From contig OY740795.1 in the NCBI GenBank assembly GCA_963514005.1, forward strand, positions 992,001 through 1,056,000: a stretch of DNA of 64,000 bases, given 5' to 3'. Source of the DNA: Raja brachyura (taxonomy: Eukaryota). The notes below the pieces were generated by a model that was given only the letters and a program-made list of their open reading frames with translations, was not told the origin of the DNA and made no database searches. Positions 24,060 through 38,275 of the stretch are shown here, one piece after another (positions within the stretch are counted from its first letter, which is position 1; each line of letters begins with the position of its first letter). A program made the position numbers and the translations under genes.

Positions 24060-25065
24060 ACATAGAAACATATAAACATAGAAAAAAGGTGCAGGAGTAG
24101 GCCATTCGGCCCTTCGAGCCAGCACCGCCATTTAATATGATCATGGCTGATCATCCAACTCAGTATCATATACTTGCCTTCTCTCCATACCCCCTGATCC
24201 CTTTAGCCACAAGGGCCACATCTAACTACCTCTTAAATATAGCCAATGGACTGGCCTCAACTACCTTCTGCGGCAGAGAATTCCACAGATTCAGCTCTCT
24301 CTGTGTGAAAAATGTTTTTCTCATCTCGGTCCGAAAAGACTTCCTAAAAGACAAGGCATACTAACCATGAACGCTGTCACATGGACAGGGCAACAAGGCA
24401 TTCAAGCCTTCTGTATTATGCGTCTAAAAAATGCTTGGCCGCTGCTGAAGATTTTGCAACAAATGCAAACACTCTGACAGAAGTGGATGACTTTGGCAAA
24501 GCGTGCGAATTTCAGTATTGTTTAGTATTGTACTGGGTTCAAAGACAATCGCTTATAGGTATGTACAACTGGGCTCCGTTCCAATGAACTACCGTCGCCT
24601 TTTGCAATGTTACGTGTGGGCGTAGACCATGCAGCTAAGTTTCGAAATCAGGCAGATTGACAATAGACAACATACAATAGACAATAGACAATAAGTGTAG
24701 GCGTAGGCCATTCGGCCAATCGAGCCAGCTGATCACCAGCTGATCATTTCCAATCAGTACCCCGTTCCTGCCCTCTCCCCATATCCCCTGACTCCGCTAT
24801 CTTTAAGAACCCTAACTAGCTCTCTCTTGAAGGTATCCACCGCCCTGTTGAGGCAGAGAATTCCACAGACCCACAACTCTCTGTGTGAAAAAGTGTTTCC
24901 TCATCTCCGTTCTAAATGTCTTACTCCTTATTCTTAAACTGTGGTCCCTGTTTCTGGACTCCCCCTACATCGGGAACACGTTTCCTGTCTCTAGCGTGTC
25001 CAAACCCTTAATAATCGTATATGTTTCAATAAGATCCTCTCTCATCCTTCTAAATTCCAGAGTAT
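24060..25065 (-). mobile_element. Two CR1 LINE 3' fragments (24060-24345, 24660-25065)
   Basis: Reverse-complement CR1 tails (CATAGAAA, CAATAGA repeats) and ORF2 C-terminus remnants. Confidence 0.75.
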
Positions 25066-27837
25066 TCCAGCCATTCCAGAGTATAGAATGATCAGCATAT
25101 CATCCCGATATTTGTGTGGATACTGCCTCGGTTTACCACCCTACTTGTAAGGAGCTAAATAGTAATTCCGATAACAGATACATTGCTTGTCTCTTCTTCG
25201 GTTTAAACCAGCATCTGCAGTGCCTTCCTATACGTTTCAATGCGGATTTGCCAAAATGCACCAGGATTTTGCTAAAGTTAGAACAAATTGAGAGAATGTA
25301 CACAGTCATGTGAAGAATGCATGGGAACGTTGCAAAATTGAAAACACGGACCGAATTTCCAAAAATACTGGGAATTCGCAAAATGATGTTGATAGCTTAC
25401 GTTTAGCAGGGCGTTTTATCAAAATGTTTCCAGGAATAATATCAAAGAAAGGATAGACTAGGTGTGTTCTCATTGGACGGTAGTGAACTCGTAGGGGAGT
25501 ATAAGACTACTAGACCAAGTGCCGACCCGTTGGGTCTGGTCCCCGAACGTGCTTCAGTCGCGCAAATCGGCCGCGGGAGAACAAAATGGCGGCGTTTTTG
25601 GAGGAGAGCGGGCTGCAGCAGCTGCCGTTATGGTGTCTGGCCAACAGGAGGCCACAAAATGAGTGTGTGTGTGGGGGGGGGGGGGGGTGTGAAATGTGTA
25701 CATAAAAATGTCTAAATGTAATGAGGAGTGAATGGGTGAATGTAAAAGTGTACTGTGTGGCAAAATGGAAAATATCTCGGGGTTTGAAAGTGTGGTTTTA
25801 GCGAACCATGAAATCAAAGGGCAAATCTGACACACACACACAGAGAATGTTAATAGTATATAGATGAAAGGATAGATCAGGTTCATCGTCATAAGGTTTT
25901 TTTTCCAGAGACAGGGTAGCATGAAACTGGAGAGGATGGTTTTCGGGAGAGCTTTCTTTTCACACAGAGGGTGGTGGATATCTTCAACGAGTTGTCAGAG
26001 CAGCTGGTGGATGAAGATACGTTTACGACGTTTCAAGGGAATGCGGACAAATATTTTGAAAAGACGAGCAGAAGGAGATGGGGTCCTAAATAGGAGTATG
26101 TATCTAATTCCACTCTTCTCATGTAAGTTGAATTCAGACTTTCCCATTGACACTCGGTTATGCTCTTGTAATGTGTAGCCATTTTGAAACCAACATGCGA
26201 TCCGAAATGTTATGCAGTGAATAGGTTTCAGAACTGCACATTTCACGTTGAACTGTACCTGAGTGGCAATGATATTTTGAATTGGCCTCTGTAAATTGCC
26301 CCGAGTTTGTCGGGAGTGGGCGATTAAGTGGGATAACATGTAACTAGTGCGAACCGGTGTTCGATCGTCGGCGAGACTCGTCGGCCAAATGGCTGTTTCC
26401 ATACTGTATCTGTGAACCAGAGATGAGCGACTGTGTGTGTCACAGTGAGATCAGATAAAAGGATGAGGGAGAAATGCAAAATGTTGGGTTCACAGAGTGA
26501 AATGGAAGGGCGGGAGACATGTTAAGCATACTGTTTTATTCTGATGACATTGGCGGCATGGTTTCTGCTTGGGGTGCATATTTCAAACGTGTAAAAAGCG
26601 ACGGTATCGGAATTAAGTTCCGTTCTTTCCACCTGTTTCTGCGCCGGAGATACCCTGGCCTGAAGGGACGCGATATAGCGATCGTGATGGGGAACCCGTC
26701 AGCTGCGAGCAACCAGTATATTTCTGGGTTTGCCTTGGCGGGACCGGCTCCCTTCCGGCGGCAATGTCGACAGCGCTGTGCAGAAATGTGAAGCATGGGA
26801 GGATAGAGGCGACCCACCAGCGTGAACAGATGTACACAGGGCAAACGGTTAGAGACATCGCTGCAACAGCGGAACCCGTCGACTTATGGAGCTATCGAGC
26901 CATAGAGTGATACTGTGTGGAAACAGACCCTTCGGCCCAAGTCACACACTGGTCAAAATGTCCCAAGCAATGTCCACCAGCCTGCGCTTGGTCCATATCC
27001 CTCCAAACCTGTCCTATCCATGTACATGTCGAACTGTTTCTTAAACGTTGGGATAGTCCCTGCCTCAACTACCTCATCTGGCAGCTAGCTCTTTCCTCAC
27101 ACCCTCCACCCTTTACGTGAAAAGGTTACCCCACAGATTCCTATTCAATCTTTTCCGCCTCACCTTGAACCTATGTCCTCTAGTCCTGGATTCCCCTACT
27201 CTGGGCAAGAAACTCTGTGCATCTAGGTAGGATACATTGTGCATCTAGTGGGCTTGTGGGCGATGAACGCACTTCGCTCCATGAAAATGCGGGCCAGAGA
27301 CAAATAAATCGCCCAGCCGAGAGGTGGGAACGTATCACATCCGAAATAGCACCAGAGCCACTGTACATGCTCCCCATAACACATACACGTGTACGGAATT
27401 CTTGTTTCATACTCTCTATGTGGAAATTTGCGAACGTATTGGCGAATAATCCGGCAAATCAATAAACGACCCACTGCCTGCAGAAACCCACCTGGTCTAG
27501 AGTAAACAAGACATTTGACCCGGATAAAGAATAGTCGCCTGTGAGGATTTCATGGTCATTTTCTATTGCCATTTATTTTAACTTTGACTTTGAGAGCTCA
27601 GCGATTAACCCCAAACACTGATCCAACACCCGATATTCCCTCCAAAACAACTTTTAACAACTTCGCAAGAAATGCTCCCCTCGCAATTTTCACGTCCAAG
27701 CTAACATATCGCCAGGTAAGAACATACGACGTTGTACAGCACAGCGTGGGCGAGAGCCTTCCAGCACCCAATGTCCGTGCCGAATATAATGCCACGTTAA
27801 ACTAATCTCATCTGCCTACACATGATACATATTCCTT

Positions 27838-28356
27838 CTTGCCATAGAGGGAGTACAGAGAAGGTTCACCAGACTGATTCCTGGGATGGCAGGACTTCCA
27901 TATGAAGAAAGACTGGATAGACTCGGCTTGTACTCGCTGGAATTTAGGAGATTGAGGGGGGATCTTATAGAGGCTTACGAAATTCTTAAGGGGTTGGACA
28001 GGCTAGATGCAGGAAGATTGTTCCCGATGTTGGGGAACTCCAGAACAAGGGGTCACAGTTTAAGGATAAGGGTGAAGTCTTTTCGGACCGAGATGAGAAG
28101 ATCTTTTTTCACACAGAGAGTGGTGAGTCTGTGGAATTCTCTGCCACAGGAGGTAGTTGAGGCCAGTTCATCGGCAATATTTAACAGGGAGCTAGATGTG
28201 GCCCTTGTGGTTAAAGGGATCAGGGGGTATGGAGAGAAGGCAGGTACATGATACTGAGTTGGATGATCAGCCATGATCATATTGAATGGCGGTGCAGGGT
28301 CGAAGAGCCGAATGGCCTACTCCTGTACCTATTTTATATGATTCTATGATTCTATA
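27838..28356 (+). mobile_element. CR1 LINE 3' fragment
   Basis: YEERLDRLGLYSLEFRRLRGDLIE motif and 3' tail. Confidence 0.85.
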
Positions 28357-29639
28357 TTCCTTCATTCCCATCATATCCACGTTCCATCCATCCAAAAAAA
28401 ACCTTTAAATGCCACTACCGTATCCGCCTACACCACCTCCCCTAGCCACCAATTAAAACGTTCTCCGTGTAAAAACAATTGCCCCACGCAAATGCTTTAA
28501 TCTTTGTTCCATTCATCTTCAAGAAAACCGTCTGGTCTTTGACATTTCCACTCTGTAATAAAGGGCACTAGTATTCATATTCGAACCACATTTAAAACGT
28601 TCGCTGCGTGAATTTGCAAAGTCATCATTCCAAGAACATCAATTATTTTTCGATTTTCAATGAAGGTTTCCTATCGCCCTTGGGTTCGTTACTCATTTAT
28701 TGGCATTTGGGGTTTTGTAAGAGACGTGGTAGCGGGTTAGTTACCAACGCAGCGACTTCGGTTTCTTTACTTGTGTTATTTAAAATATATAATAAATTTA
28801 ACTTAATGAACTGTTCGAAATTCTTTAAAACATCAATTGATACAATTTATTCTATAACTGAGCGAACGGTGAGACCGGAATAGACAGGGGGGCGAGGTAA
28901 GATCGAAACAAATCAGGGCCGACCTGAGGAAGTGTGGAACCCATAATGACCCGTTGTGGTCTGGGAAAGGTGTGAGAGCAGGGGGAGTACAAGGATTCGA
29001 CCAGTTAGGTAGGACGACTTGGAATCGGGAGGGGGGAGAAAGGGAATGCAGGAGTTACTTGAAATTATACAAATTAACGTTCATGCAGCTGGGTTTGGTA
29101 AATTTATTGCCATAGAAGGCTGTGGAGCCCAAATCAATGTATTTTTTAAGGTGGATATCGATGGGTTCGTGATTATTACGGATGTTTTCACTAGCGGAAG
29201 AGTCTAGGACTAGAGGTCATCGCCTCAGATTTAAAGAACGTTCCTTTAGGAAAGAGAAGGGACGGAATTTTTCTGGTAAGAGGGTGGTGAATCTCTGGAA
29301 TTCTTTGCCACAGGTGGCTGTGGAGGCCACGTCAATGCATATTGTTGCGGTGAAGATTGGTGGATTCTTCATTAGTACGGGTGTCAGAGGTTATTGGGAG
29401 AAGGCAGGAGAATGGGGTTGAGTGAGGCAGATAGATCAGCCATAATTGATGAGCGGAGTAGACTCGATGGGCCGGATGGCCTAATTCGGCTCCTATGACC
29501 TATGAACTTATATAAGCTGCCCAAGCGAAATATGAGGTGCTCCAGCATTTTGTGTCTGGGTAATTTCGGCGTTGTATGTCTATCTTCGGTGTCAACCGCC
29601 ATCTGTAGTTCGTTCCTACTTGCCTTTTCATGTTCCTCG

Positions 29640-29830
29640 TCCTGGGCCTTATCCTCACGCACTCCAGCGACAACGCCAGAAGCCTTTCAGTTCATCCATG
29701 GTCAGCAATTACACATCCGCCAGTTTAACTAGTTCTGAAGCGATGTCCCAGGAATCCACCACGGCAAGTACCTCTGCACCGTGCCGTCGCACACACCGTT
29801 ATAATGCGGGCACGAGGCTACACATAAACT
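29640..29830 (+). pseudogene. Probable 5'-truncated TCR V pseudogene remnant with 23-RSS
   Basis: Frameshifted pieces LGLILTHSSDNA / FSSSMVSNYTSASLT / SDVPGIHHGKYLCTV, followed by CACACCG(29792)-23 bp-ACATAAACT(29822-29830). Confidence 0.5.
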
Positions 29831-29989
29831 GCACGCGTTTCTGACTCGGCTAATATCCGATGCAGCAGTCAGAGGGCGTCAGATGGGCAGTGGGCGGGTA
29901 CTATAGACCTGCACGTGAAGGTGGACGCTCCCGCCCCCCACGAGTCTCGGGCAGATGGGGCTCGTCCGTCAGCCTGGGAAGTCCCATAC

Positions 29990-30668
29990 CACTTCACACC
30001 AATGACAGCGATGTGGAGGTGGTCAGTAGCACTAAGTTCCTGGGGGTGCAGATCACTAACAGTCTGACCTGCTCGAATAACATCTCATCAACACTTAAGA
30101 GAGCGCAGCAGTGGTTGCACTTTCTGCGCCGGATGAGAAGAGCTCACCTCCCCCATCCCATCCTCACCACTTTCTACAGGGGCACCATAGAGAGTATTTT
30201 GACCAGCTGTATCTCTGTCTGCTTTGGGGACTGTAAAGCCTCTGACTGGAAGTCCGTGCAGAGAGTGGTGAGGACAGCGGAAAAAATCATCGGGACCTCT
30301 CTCCCCTCAATCGGTGATATTGCGACCAAACGTTGCGTGTCTAAGGCCAGCAGTATTATAAAATACCCCATACATCTCCATCACGGACTGTTCACTCTGC
30401 TGCCCTCGGGCAAAAGATATCGTAGTATAAGGAGCAGAACATCAAGGTTCTGCAACAGCTTCTTCCCACGAGCCATCAGACACCTGAATGCCGTGTAACG
30501 TGCTGCAACCATTGTCTATTTATCCTTTTATCCATTTTATCCATGTTATCCTTCTGTTAATTATCGTGTTGCACAGGGAGCCAAATACAACGGAATTTCG
30601 TTTGGAACTGCATATATCGATGTATTTCTAAATGACAATAAAGTTTGTTTGACTTGACTTTGACTTGA
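29990..30668 (+). mobile_element. Rex1/Babar-type LINE 3' fragment
   Basis: KFLGVQIT...FYRGTIESILT...LLPSGKRYRSI, AATAAA and a (TTGAC)n tail. A near-identical copy lies at 47460-47970. Confidence 0.8.
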
Positions 30669-31559
30669 CAGTCCTTCTAGGAGTGGAAAACTCTGATTTA
30701 AAAACCTCCACTGCCTTGTGGCCATATCCAGTCATGGAAAAGCCCCCTGGAGTAAACCTCAACGAAATCCGGAGCCAGAGCCCCGACGATTGTTCGGCGT
30801 TTTCTACAACCTCACTCTGGCAGCTCTTGCGACGGCGCTGGTGCCAAACTGTAACGGCCGTGCTGTTCCTTTGGACCGATCAGCGACGTGGAGAAGGGGG
30901 GGGGGGGGGTGTGCTGCATGGGCAACATCCTGTCCTCCATATGACATCGCCCAGGCTTGCATCCGACCACACATAACCTGCAAACTATGATGCATCACGC
31001 ATGGTCAGTCCTAGACAATAGACAATAGACAATAGGCGCAGGAGTAGGTCATTCCGCCCTCAGAGCCAGCACCGTCATTCAATGTGATCATGGCTGATCA
31101 TCCCCAATCAGTGCCCCGTTCCTGCCTTCTCCCCATATCCCATGACACGTCTATTTTAAAGAGCCCTATCTAGCTCTCTCTTGAAAGCATCAGGAGGAGG
31201 AATAGTCAGAGGAGGAATATTGGCCAAGATTGCCTAATTATTCAGGGATAGTATGCTCTCAGACAGCAACTTCCACATCTCGTAACCAGTGCCGCAATCA
31301 TCCACGACCATTAATTATTTCACATTTCACTCTCGAACATTACTCATCCTGGCTTTCTTCCGTGAACCAGTTTGCCGATTCTAAACTAGCTGTCCCAGAT
31401 CTCACGTTACAGCAGTAACAGCAAACACTAAACGCCAGCATTACTGGGTGAGACTCTCTGAAGTCTTCGTGTATCAGAAGGAACTGCAGATGCTGGTTTA
31501 CGCCGAATCTAAACCCAAAATGCTTCAGTAATTCGATTCAGGCAGCATCTCTGGAGTAA

Positions 31560-32288
31560 AGGCACCAAGACCTGGCTTGGCTGGCGGTGAGGGGAGCCCT
31601 CCCAGTCAGATCCTTCCTGCACCGTCGGAACCTCACTGCCAGCGCACGCTGCCCTCGGGACGGCTGCTATGGAGAGCAGACGGTTGCCCACCTCTTTGCA
31701 GAGTGTGGATTTGCCCAAAGAGTTAGGAGAAAAATGCAAGGGTCCCTGGTATGCTTTATTCCAAACAGCTCCGTCACAGAGGACTCTGTGATTTACGGAC
31801 CGTTCCCAGGGACACATTCATAGACTGACATCAAGTGCTGCTGGAGGGTCATCAACTCGGTGAAAGACGCTCTTTGGTCTGCCCGAGCTTTGTTCACCAC
31901 CCAGCCGTGCGAAATGTCCTTCGGGGAATGTTGCCGACTGGCCCACTGCAAACGGCAGGAGTACGTGCTGAGGGACGCACTGAAGCTCGGTGCATCCAAC
32001 GCCAAGGCTCGGTGGGGGAGGGCCACAGTCTAAGGTCCTTCCTCTGCTGGACATGGGGGGCACGGTATGGTGGAGACGCCCCTCAAAATAAGGGAAGGTA
32101 TCCCATGCCGGGGGGCCACATGAGTGGCACGGGTGGGGGATCGACTCTCGAAATTTGAGAAATGTGTATAGACTGTATGGAACAATTTGTATAGCCTCCG
32201 AAAATGTCGGATGGATTTTTCGCACGGTTGATGTATTGTATATATTTATTACTTGAATAAAGTCTATTTTGAAATATTTAAAAAAAAG
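31560..32288 (+). mobile_element. Tx1/L1-clade LINE 3' fragment
   Basis: LAWLAVRGALPVRSFL...CPRDGC..EQTVAHLFAEC zinc-knuckle motif, then AATAAA and an A-rich end. Confidence 0.75.
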
Positions 32289-34719
32289 GAATAGGTGATA
32301 TTTCGGGTCGAGACCTTCACTAGCCTGCCTGACCCGCTGAGTTGCTCCAGCATTTGCTTTCTACCTCTGAAGTCGTTTACGTTCCGTCGAAGAATACAAA
32401 TTCGTGGCGGACGCCGATACAAACCCAATGTAGGGCACGGTATTTCACACCGAGGGCGATACGTGTCAATGTCATAAACGCAGATCCCTGCAATGTTATT
32501 AGAATAACACATCCATAATACTATCATGTCATAAGGCCACAAGTGATAGCAGTAGAATTGGCCTATCAAGTCTACTCCGCCATTCAACCATGGTTTATCT
32601 ATCTCTGCTAACCTCATTCTCCTACCAATAACATTTGACGCCTGTGCTAATCAAATCTATCCGTCTCTGCCTTACAATATCCAGTTACTATGCCTCTACA
32701 GCGTTCTGTGGCAAAGAACTCCACAGATTCACCACCCTCTGAGTAACGATATTTCTCTCCATCTCCCCCCTAAAATAACATCCTTTAATTATTCAATGTG
32801 GAAGTTTTTAGGTCAATACTTGCAAAAAGATAGTTAAAGAAATATTTTTTTTTATTCACTAGTATGTGGTTAATCGTCTTCGTCGAGTCCGTTGCAATCT
32901 CAAATGTCACTCTGCCAGTATCTGGCGCAGGTCACAGCTGGTCGGGTGGGTTCAGCCAGGTCCTCGGGGCTGCACTGGGGGGCGTCGTCACACTCCAGTA
33001 GGTGGGACATTGTCTGCACTGCTCCATGGCTGCATGTGTCTTCTGCCGTTATGTGGTTCAAACGGCAGAAGACATTATGTTACCAAACATTGGTCGGACA
33101 TTAATTGGCGTTTTGTGCGTAATTCTGGTCTCCAGAATACTCGAAGGGCGTGGTAACTTCAGAGAGAGTGCAGAAGAGATTCATTGGGATGTTTCATCTG
33201 ATAGGGTGCTTTAGTTATAAAGGCAGGTTGGATAGGCTGTGATTCTATTCACTGGTACATAACCGCTGTCGTGGCCGAAACTTAACAGAGTGAAACGGTG
33301 ATAGATTGTTTCCTGAAAAACCTGCTCTCTGTGGAATTAAATTAATCGCCAGTAGCACGTGGTGGTCGGTTGATGGCGCTGTTCGCCAAGGATTAGCAAT
33401 AATTCCAGTAAACACTCCGAAGGTGACTGTTCTAATGGATCTCCGAGTTAACGGGGCGAATTTACGCTACAGAGCAATGTGTCTAAAATTGCAGGTACAG
33501 CTCCATATTTCCTTCTCGTCGTTTCTCTTCATGATTTTAATTTAAATCGTGTTGAAATTTGCAACAAATAGAAATTAGCCCTTTGCGCAGGGCTGTTCTT
33601 CCGAAAAGGAGGGAACTATAGATGGTGGTTTACAAAATATGACTCGGAGCGCTGCATTAACTCAGCGGTCGCAGCAACATCTCCGGAGAAGATGGATAGG
33701 TATTTTTTTTGGTCGGCGCCTTGCGTGAGACTGAATTCGGGTCAACGTTGCCGATGATTTGTGGAGTTACACATAAAGAGAAACTGGGAGGGTCGGAATA
33801 GTTCATCCATGGTTTGAAGCACTGGGTTAAGGAGCTCGATCCAGAAGTAACAAGGGAGTCGTGAATGAGGAGAGTCAAGAGTCTTTAATTTGCACATGTA
33901 GAAACAAAGTAACACAGAAAATGGGTGCATGAGGAGGCCATTCGGCCCTTCGAGCCAGCAGCGCCATTCATTGTGATCATAGCTGATAATGATCCCCTAT
34001 CAATAATTAATGAATCAATAATCAATAACTGCCTTCTCCATATATCCCTTGACTCCACAAGCCCCTAGAGCTTTGTCTAACTCTCTTAAATCCATCCAGT
34101 GACTTGGCCTCCACTCTATGGCAGGGAATTCCACAAATTCACAACTCTCTGGGTGAAAACGGGTTTTCTCACCTCAGTCTTAAATGGCCTCCCCTTTATT
34201 CTAAGACTGTGTAGCCCCTGGTTCTGGACTCACCCCACATTGGGAAAATTTTTCCTGCATCTAGCTTGTCCAGTCCTTTTATAATTTTATATGTTTCTAT
34301 AGGATCCCCTCCTCATCCTTTAAACTCCAGTGAATATAAGTCTAGTCGTTTCAATGTCCCCTAATATGTCAAGTCTTTTCAATATTTCCTCATATGACAA
34401 GTCCGACATCGGAATCATTAGCTCGCAGCGGCATAACAGACCTGAAATAGGAATGCCTACATGGGAAAAGCTTATCCACGTCAACTCTGTCTATCCCTTT
34501 CATCATTTTAAAGACCTCAATCAAGTCCCACCTTAACCTTCTGCGCTCCAAAGAATAAAGACCTAACTTGTTCAACCTCCTCGAGCAGAAGGCGACCATG
34601 ATCGGTGCCACTGTAATTAAAAACACAGACTCAAGTCAACAAGGTTTCAGAACGGTTTGAGATGAATCTGACCATTTGCCGAGCGTCGTTGCCTGTCACA
34701 GCCGCTTCTGCATTCCCCC

Positions 34720-34758
34720 TATTTTTGAACGGGCCCTTCATCCGCTTTCCATACGGTG
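34720..34758 (-). other. 23-RSS of V segment 2
   Basis: CACCGTA-tggaaagcggatgaagggcccgt(23)-TCAAAAATA on minus. Confidence 0.85.
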
Positions 34759-35043
34759 CGACCCCGGCACAAATGTAGATGGCTTCATCGTTTGTGTCAA
34801 CGTCTCTAACAGTCAGGCCGCTGTACCTCAGGCTTTGATCGTACGTCGCCGATATTCTCCCGGCGCTCACATCACGGTGAAGCCCGGTCGTCAGCAGTTC
34901 CAGATGGCGAGCGTGGGAGAGGCGATACCACTGGAGAAAGCTCATAGATACATTGACGGTGCAGTTCAATACCAGTGACGATCTTTCCGCGGCGACATAT
35001 CTCGAGGGAGTTTGCGATATCTGGACAGTTTGGGCCATGACAT
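34759..35043 (-). CDS. V segment 2 exon, TCR alpha/delta-type V
   Basis: VMAQTVQISQTPSRYVAAERSSLVLNCTVNVSMSFLQWYRLSHARHLELLTTGLHRDVSAGRISATYDQSLRYSGLTVRDVDTNDEAIYICAG. Both Cys, the core Trp and D.A.Y.C are present. GCAG acceptor, phase 1, open frame. Confidence 0.85.
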
Positions 35044-35517
35044 CTGCGTCGTTCAACCATATCCACGGAGACAGCGGTGGAAAAAAAAAGAGCAGGTAAT
35101 GCTTTAATTCATTGGCAGTGAATTGTTAGAATCATCCAACCCCACAACACCGAAACGGGCCCCATTGGCGCGTCTCGTCCATGCCTTCGTGGAGGCCTAT
35201 CTGTGATGATTCCACTCACCGCACTAAGCCCGTGTCCGACCGACCCATATCTATCAAATTACCTGCGCAAATATGGATTACACGTTGTGACTTTAACTGC
35301 CTCCATCGGTTTCTCTGGCAGCTGCACATATTCGATACCATGTGTATGAAAATCATAAGGTGAAAGGGGGGAATTTTAACGGAGACCGGAGGGGGTAAGA
35401 GTGAAAATCATACCCGACTAATCCCCTTTAAATGTCTCCCTTTTCATCTGACCTTCTGAACCTTCTAGACCACCTGGGGAAAATGACTGATGTGTCTATC
35501 ATGCCAGCAAGCGTCGT

Positions 35518-36060
35518 AACATAGAAACATAGAAACATAGAAAATAGGTGCATGATAGTAGGCCATTCGGTCCTTCGAGCCAGCACCGCCATTCAATATG
35601 ATCGTGGCTGATCATCCAACTCAGTATCCTGTACCTGCCTTCTCTCCATATCCCCTGATCCCTTTAGCCACATCTAACTCCCTCTTAAATGAACTGACCT
35701 CAACTACCTTCTATGGCAGAGAATTCCACAGATTCACCACTCTCTGTGTGAAAAATGTTTTTCTCATCTCGGTCCTAAAAGACTTCCCCCTTATCCTTAA
35801 ACAGTGACCCCTTGTCCTGGACTTCCCCAAAATCGGGAACAATCTTCCTGCATCTAGCCTGTCCAACCCCTTAAGAATTTTGTAAGTCTCTGTAAGATCC
35901 CCCCTCAATCTTCTAAATTCCAGCGAGTACAAGCCGAGTCTATCCAGTCTTTCTTCATATGAAAGTCCTGCCATCCCAGGAATCAGTCTGGCGAACCTTC
36001 TCTGTACTCCCTCTATGGCAAGAATGTCTAGGAGACAAAAACTGTACGCAATACTCCATG
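35518..36060 (-). mobile_element. CR1 LINE 3' fragment in the V2 leader intron
   Basis: ORF 35711-36136 matches the CR1 ORF2 C-terminus; CATAGAAA tail. Confidence 0.85.
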
Positions 36061-36239
36061 TAACAAGAGACAATATGTGCAAGAGTAGGCCACTCGGCCT
36101 TTCAAGCCAGAGTCGCCATTCAATGTGATCATCCACAATCTGTAGCCGGTTCCTGCCTTCTCCCAGTATCCCCTGATTCCACTGTCTTATCTAACTCAAT
36201 TTAACCGTCTATTCCGCAACAAAGCTATCTTTGGTGTAG

Positions 36240-36545
36240 TTGAGTTTAGAGATGCAGCGCGGAAATAGGCCCTTCGGCCGAACGAATCCGCGTCTATCAG
36301 CGATTTCCCGCACATTAACACTAACCTGCACACGGGGTCAATTTACATTTATAACATGCCAATTAACATAGAAACCCGCACGTCTTTGGACTGCGGTATG
36401 AAACTGAAGATCGTGGAGAAAACCCACGCACGTCACGGGGAGAATGCGAAAACTCCGGACAGACAGCCCCCGTAGTCCGGATCCGGCTCTCTGGCGCTGT
36501 AAGCGCTGTAAGGATGCCACTCTACCGCTTCGCCACTGTGCCGCT
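36240..36545 (-). mobile_element. SINE (HE1-like); related copies near 20640-20885 and 46050-46330
   Basis: Recurring ~300 bp unit with a tRNA-like head (GCGGCACAGTGGCGAAGCGGTAGAG on minus) and a GGCCGAAGGGCC LINE-like tail. Confidence 0.6.
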
Positions 36546-38275
36546 CCTGTGCCGCCGTGCTACCCCTATCTCTCAGTCTCGGTTTGAATAAACCTCTTAT
36601 ACAATATATCATCATAACTATCGCCTCAAATAGATATGAGTATCGATCCATGGGCAAACCATTTATGAACGCACCTGTACATACTCGTCCTCATGCTTGA
36701 CATTAATCTATCATAATCCTTCCTCCCCCTAAGGCTTTATCCAACGCCTGTTCAAGGACAGAACGCAACAAATTCTAAATCCGCCCCCTCTCTGATTAAA
36801 GCAGCTTCTTTCGATTTTATGGCCGACTGTGGTATATCCATAACAATGCAGTTTTTCGATTTCCATCTCTAAAGTTAGACAATTAAATTCGAAAATGCAA
36901 TCATCGCTGGCTCCTACGTTCGATGCAAAAATTGTTTCAAAATGCTCCAATTATGAGAGAACCATATAACCATATAACAATTACAGCACGGAAACAGGCC
37001 TTCTCGGCCCTTCCAGTCCGTGCCGACCATTTATTTTCCCCTATTCCCATTTACCTGCACTCAGACCATACCCCTCCATTCCCTTCCCGTCCATATACCT
37101 ATCCAGTTTACTTTTAAATGTTAAAATCGATCCTGCCTCCACCACTTCTGCTGGAAGATCATTCCACACAGCCACCACTCTCTGACTAAAGAAGTTCCCC
37201 CTCATGTTACCCCTACACTTGTGTCCCTTAATTCTCATGTCATGCCCTCTTGTTTGAATCTTCCCTACCCTCAATGGGAAAAGCTTAATGAGATAGCACT
37301 ACACCCTATTATAGATACCACTATCATGCAATGGAGTTAGACACAAAGAGCTGGAGTAACTCAGCGGCACAGGCAGCATCTGTGGAGAACAGGAATGGGT
37401 GACGTTTCGGATCGAGACCATTCTACCGACTCTCGACCCGAAACGTCACCCATTTCTTCTCCCCGGAGATGCTGCCTGTCCCGCTGAGTTACTCCAGCTT
37501 TTCGCGACTATCTTTGGTTTATACCAGCAACTGCAGTTCCTCCCTACAAATATCATGCATTGGTTGGAGTGCATTGGCACCAGTGAGAGGTAGGACAGTC
37601 ATATATCGTTTTCTCTGGAATGCCGGAGGTTGAGGGGAGACCCGATAGAAGTATGTAAATGTATGAGAGGCGTAGACATGTTAGACAACCTGATCATTTT
37701 TCCCTAAATATCAAATACCAGAGGAGATAGCATTGACGTGAGATGGGCGAAGTTGAAAAGAGTTAGGCAGATCACGCCTGTGACAGAGAGGGTACTGAGT
37801 GCCTGGAACGCACCACCGGCGGTGGTGGTTGAGGCAGATACGACAGTGCCGTTTACGAGGTTTTAAGAATTGAACAGGGGGACGCGGGGGAATTGAGGGA
37901 CATGGATTATATGATGCAGATACGTTGATAGACAATAGACAATAAACATTACGCCAGCACCGTAATAGACAATATTACATTACGCCAGCACCGTAATGAA
38001 ATATACGTAATGTAATATCCTTCAAGCCAGCACCGCCATTCAATGTGATCATGGCTGATCATCCCCAATCAGTCCCCCGTTCCCGCCTTCTCACCATATC
38101 CCCTGACTCCGCTATATTTAAGAGCCCTCTCGAGCTCTCTCTCTCTCTTGATGTTGATATCTTGATAGGCACAGACATTGTGGGCTAAAACTCGTTCCTA
38201 TTCCGCTCTGTTTCGTATAGCTTTTACATAAGTAGTTAAGGAATCTCAATCACGAAAATGTGAAGCTCGACTCAC

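Noticed and set aside
26520-26860. GC-rich patch with faint V- or C-like translation on minus
   Set aside because: Lacks properly spaced Cys/Trp and any RSS. The CACAGTG at 26441 has no nonamer.
32900-33110. Fragments LGAALGGVVTLQ* and CTA...MWFKRQ resembling V framework
   Set aside because: Different frames, no YYC and no RSS; too weak without a translated search.
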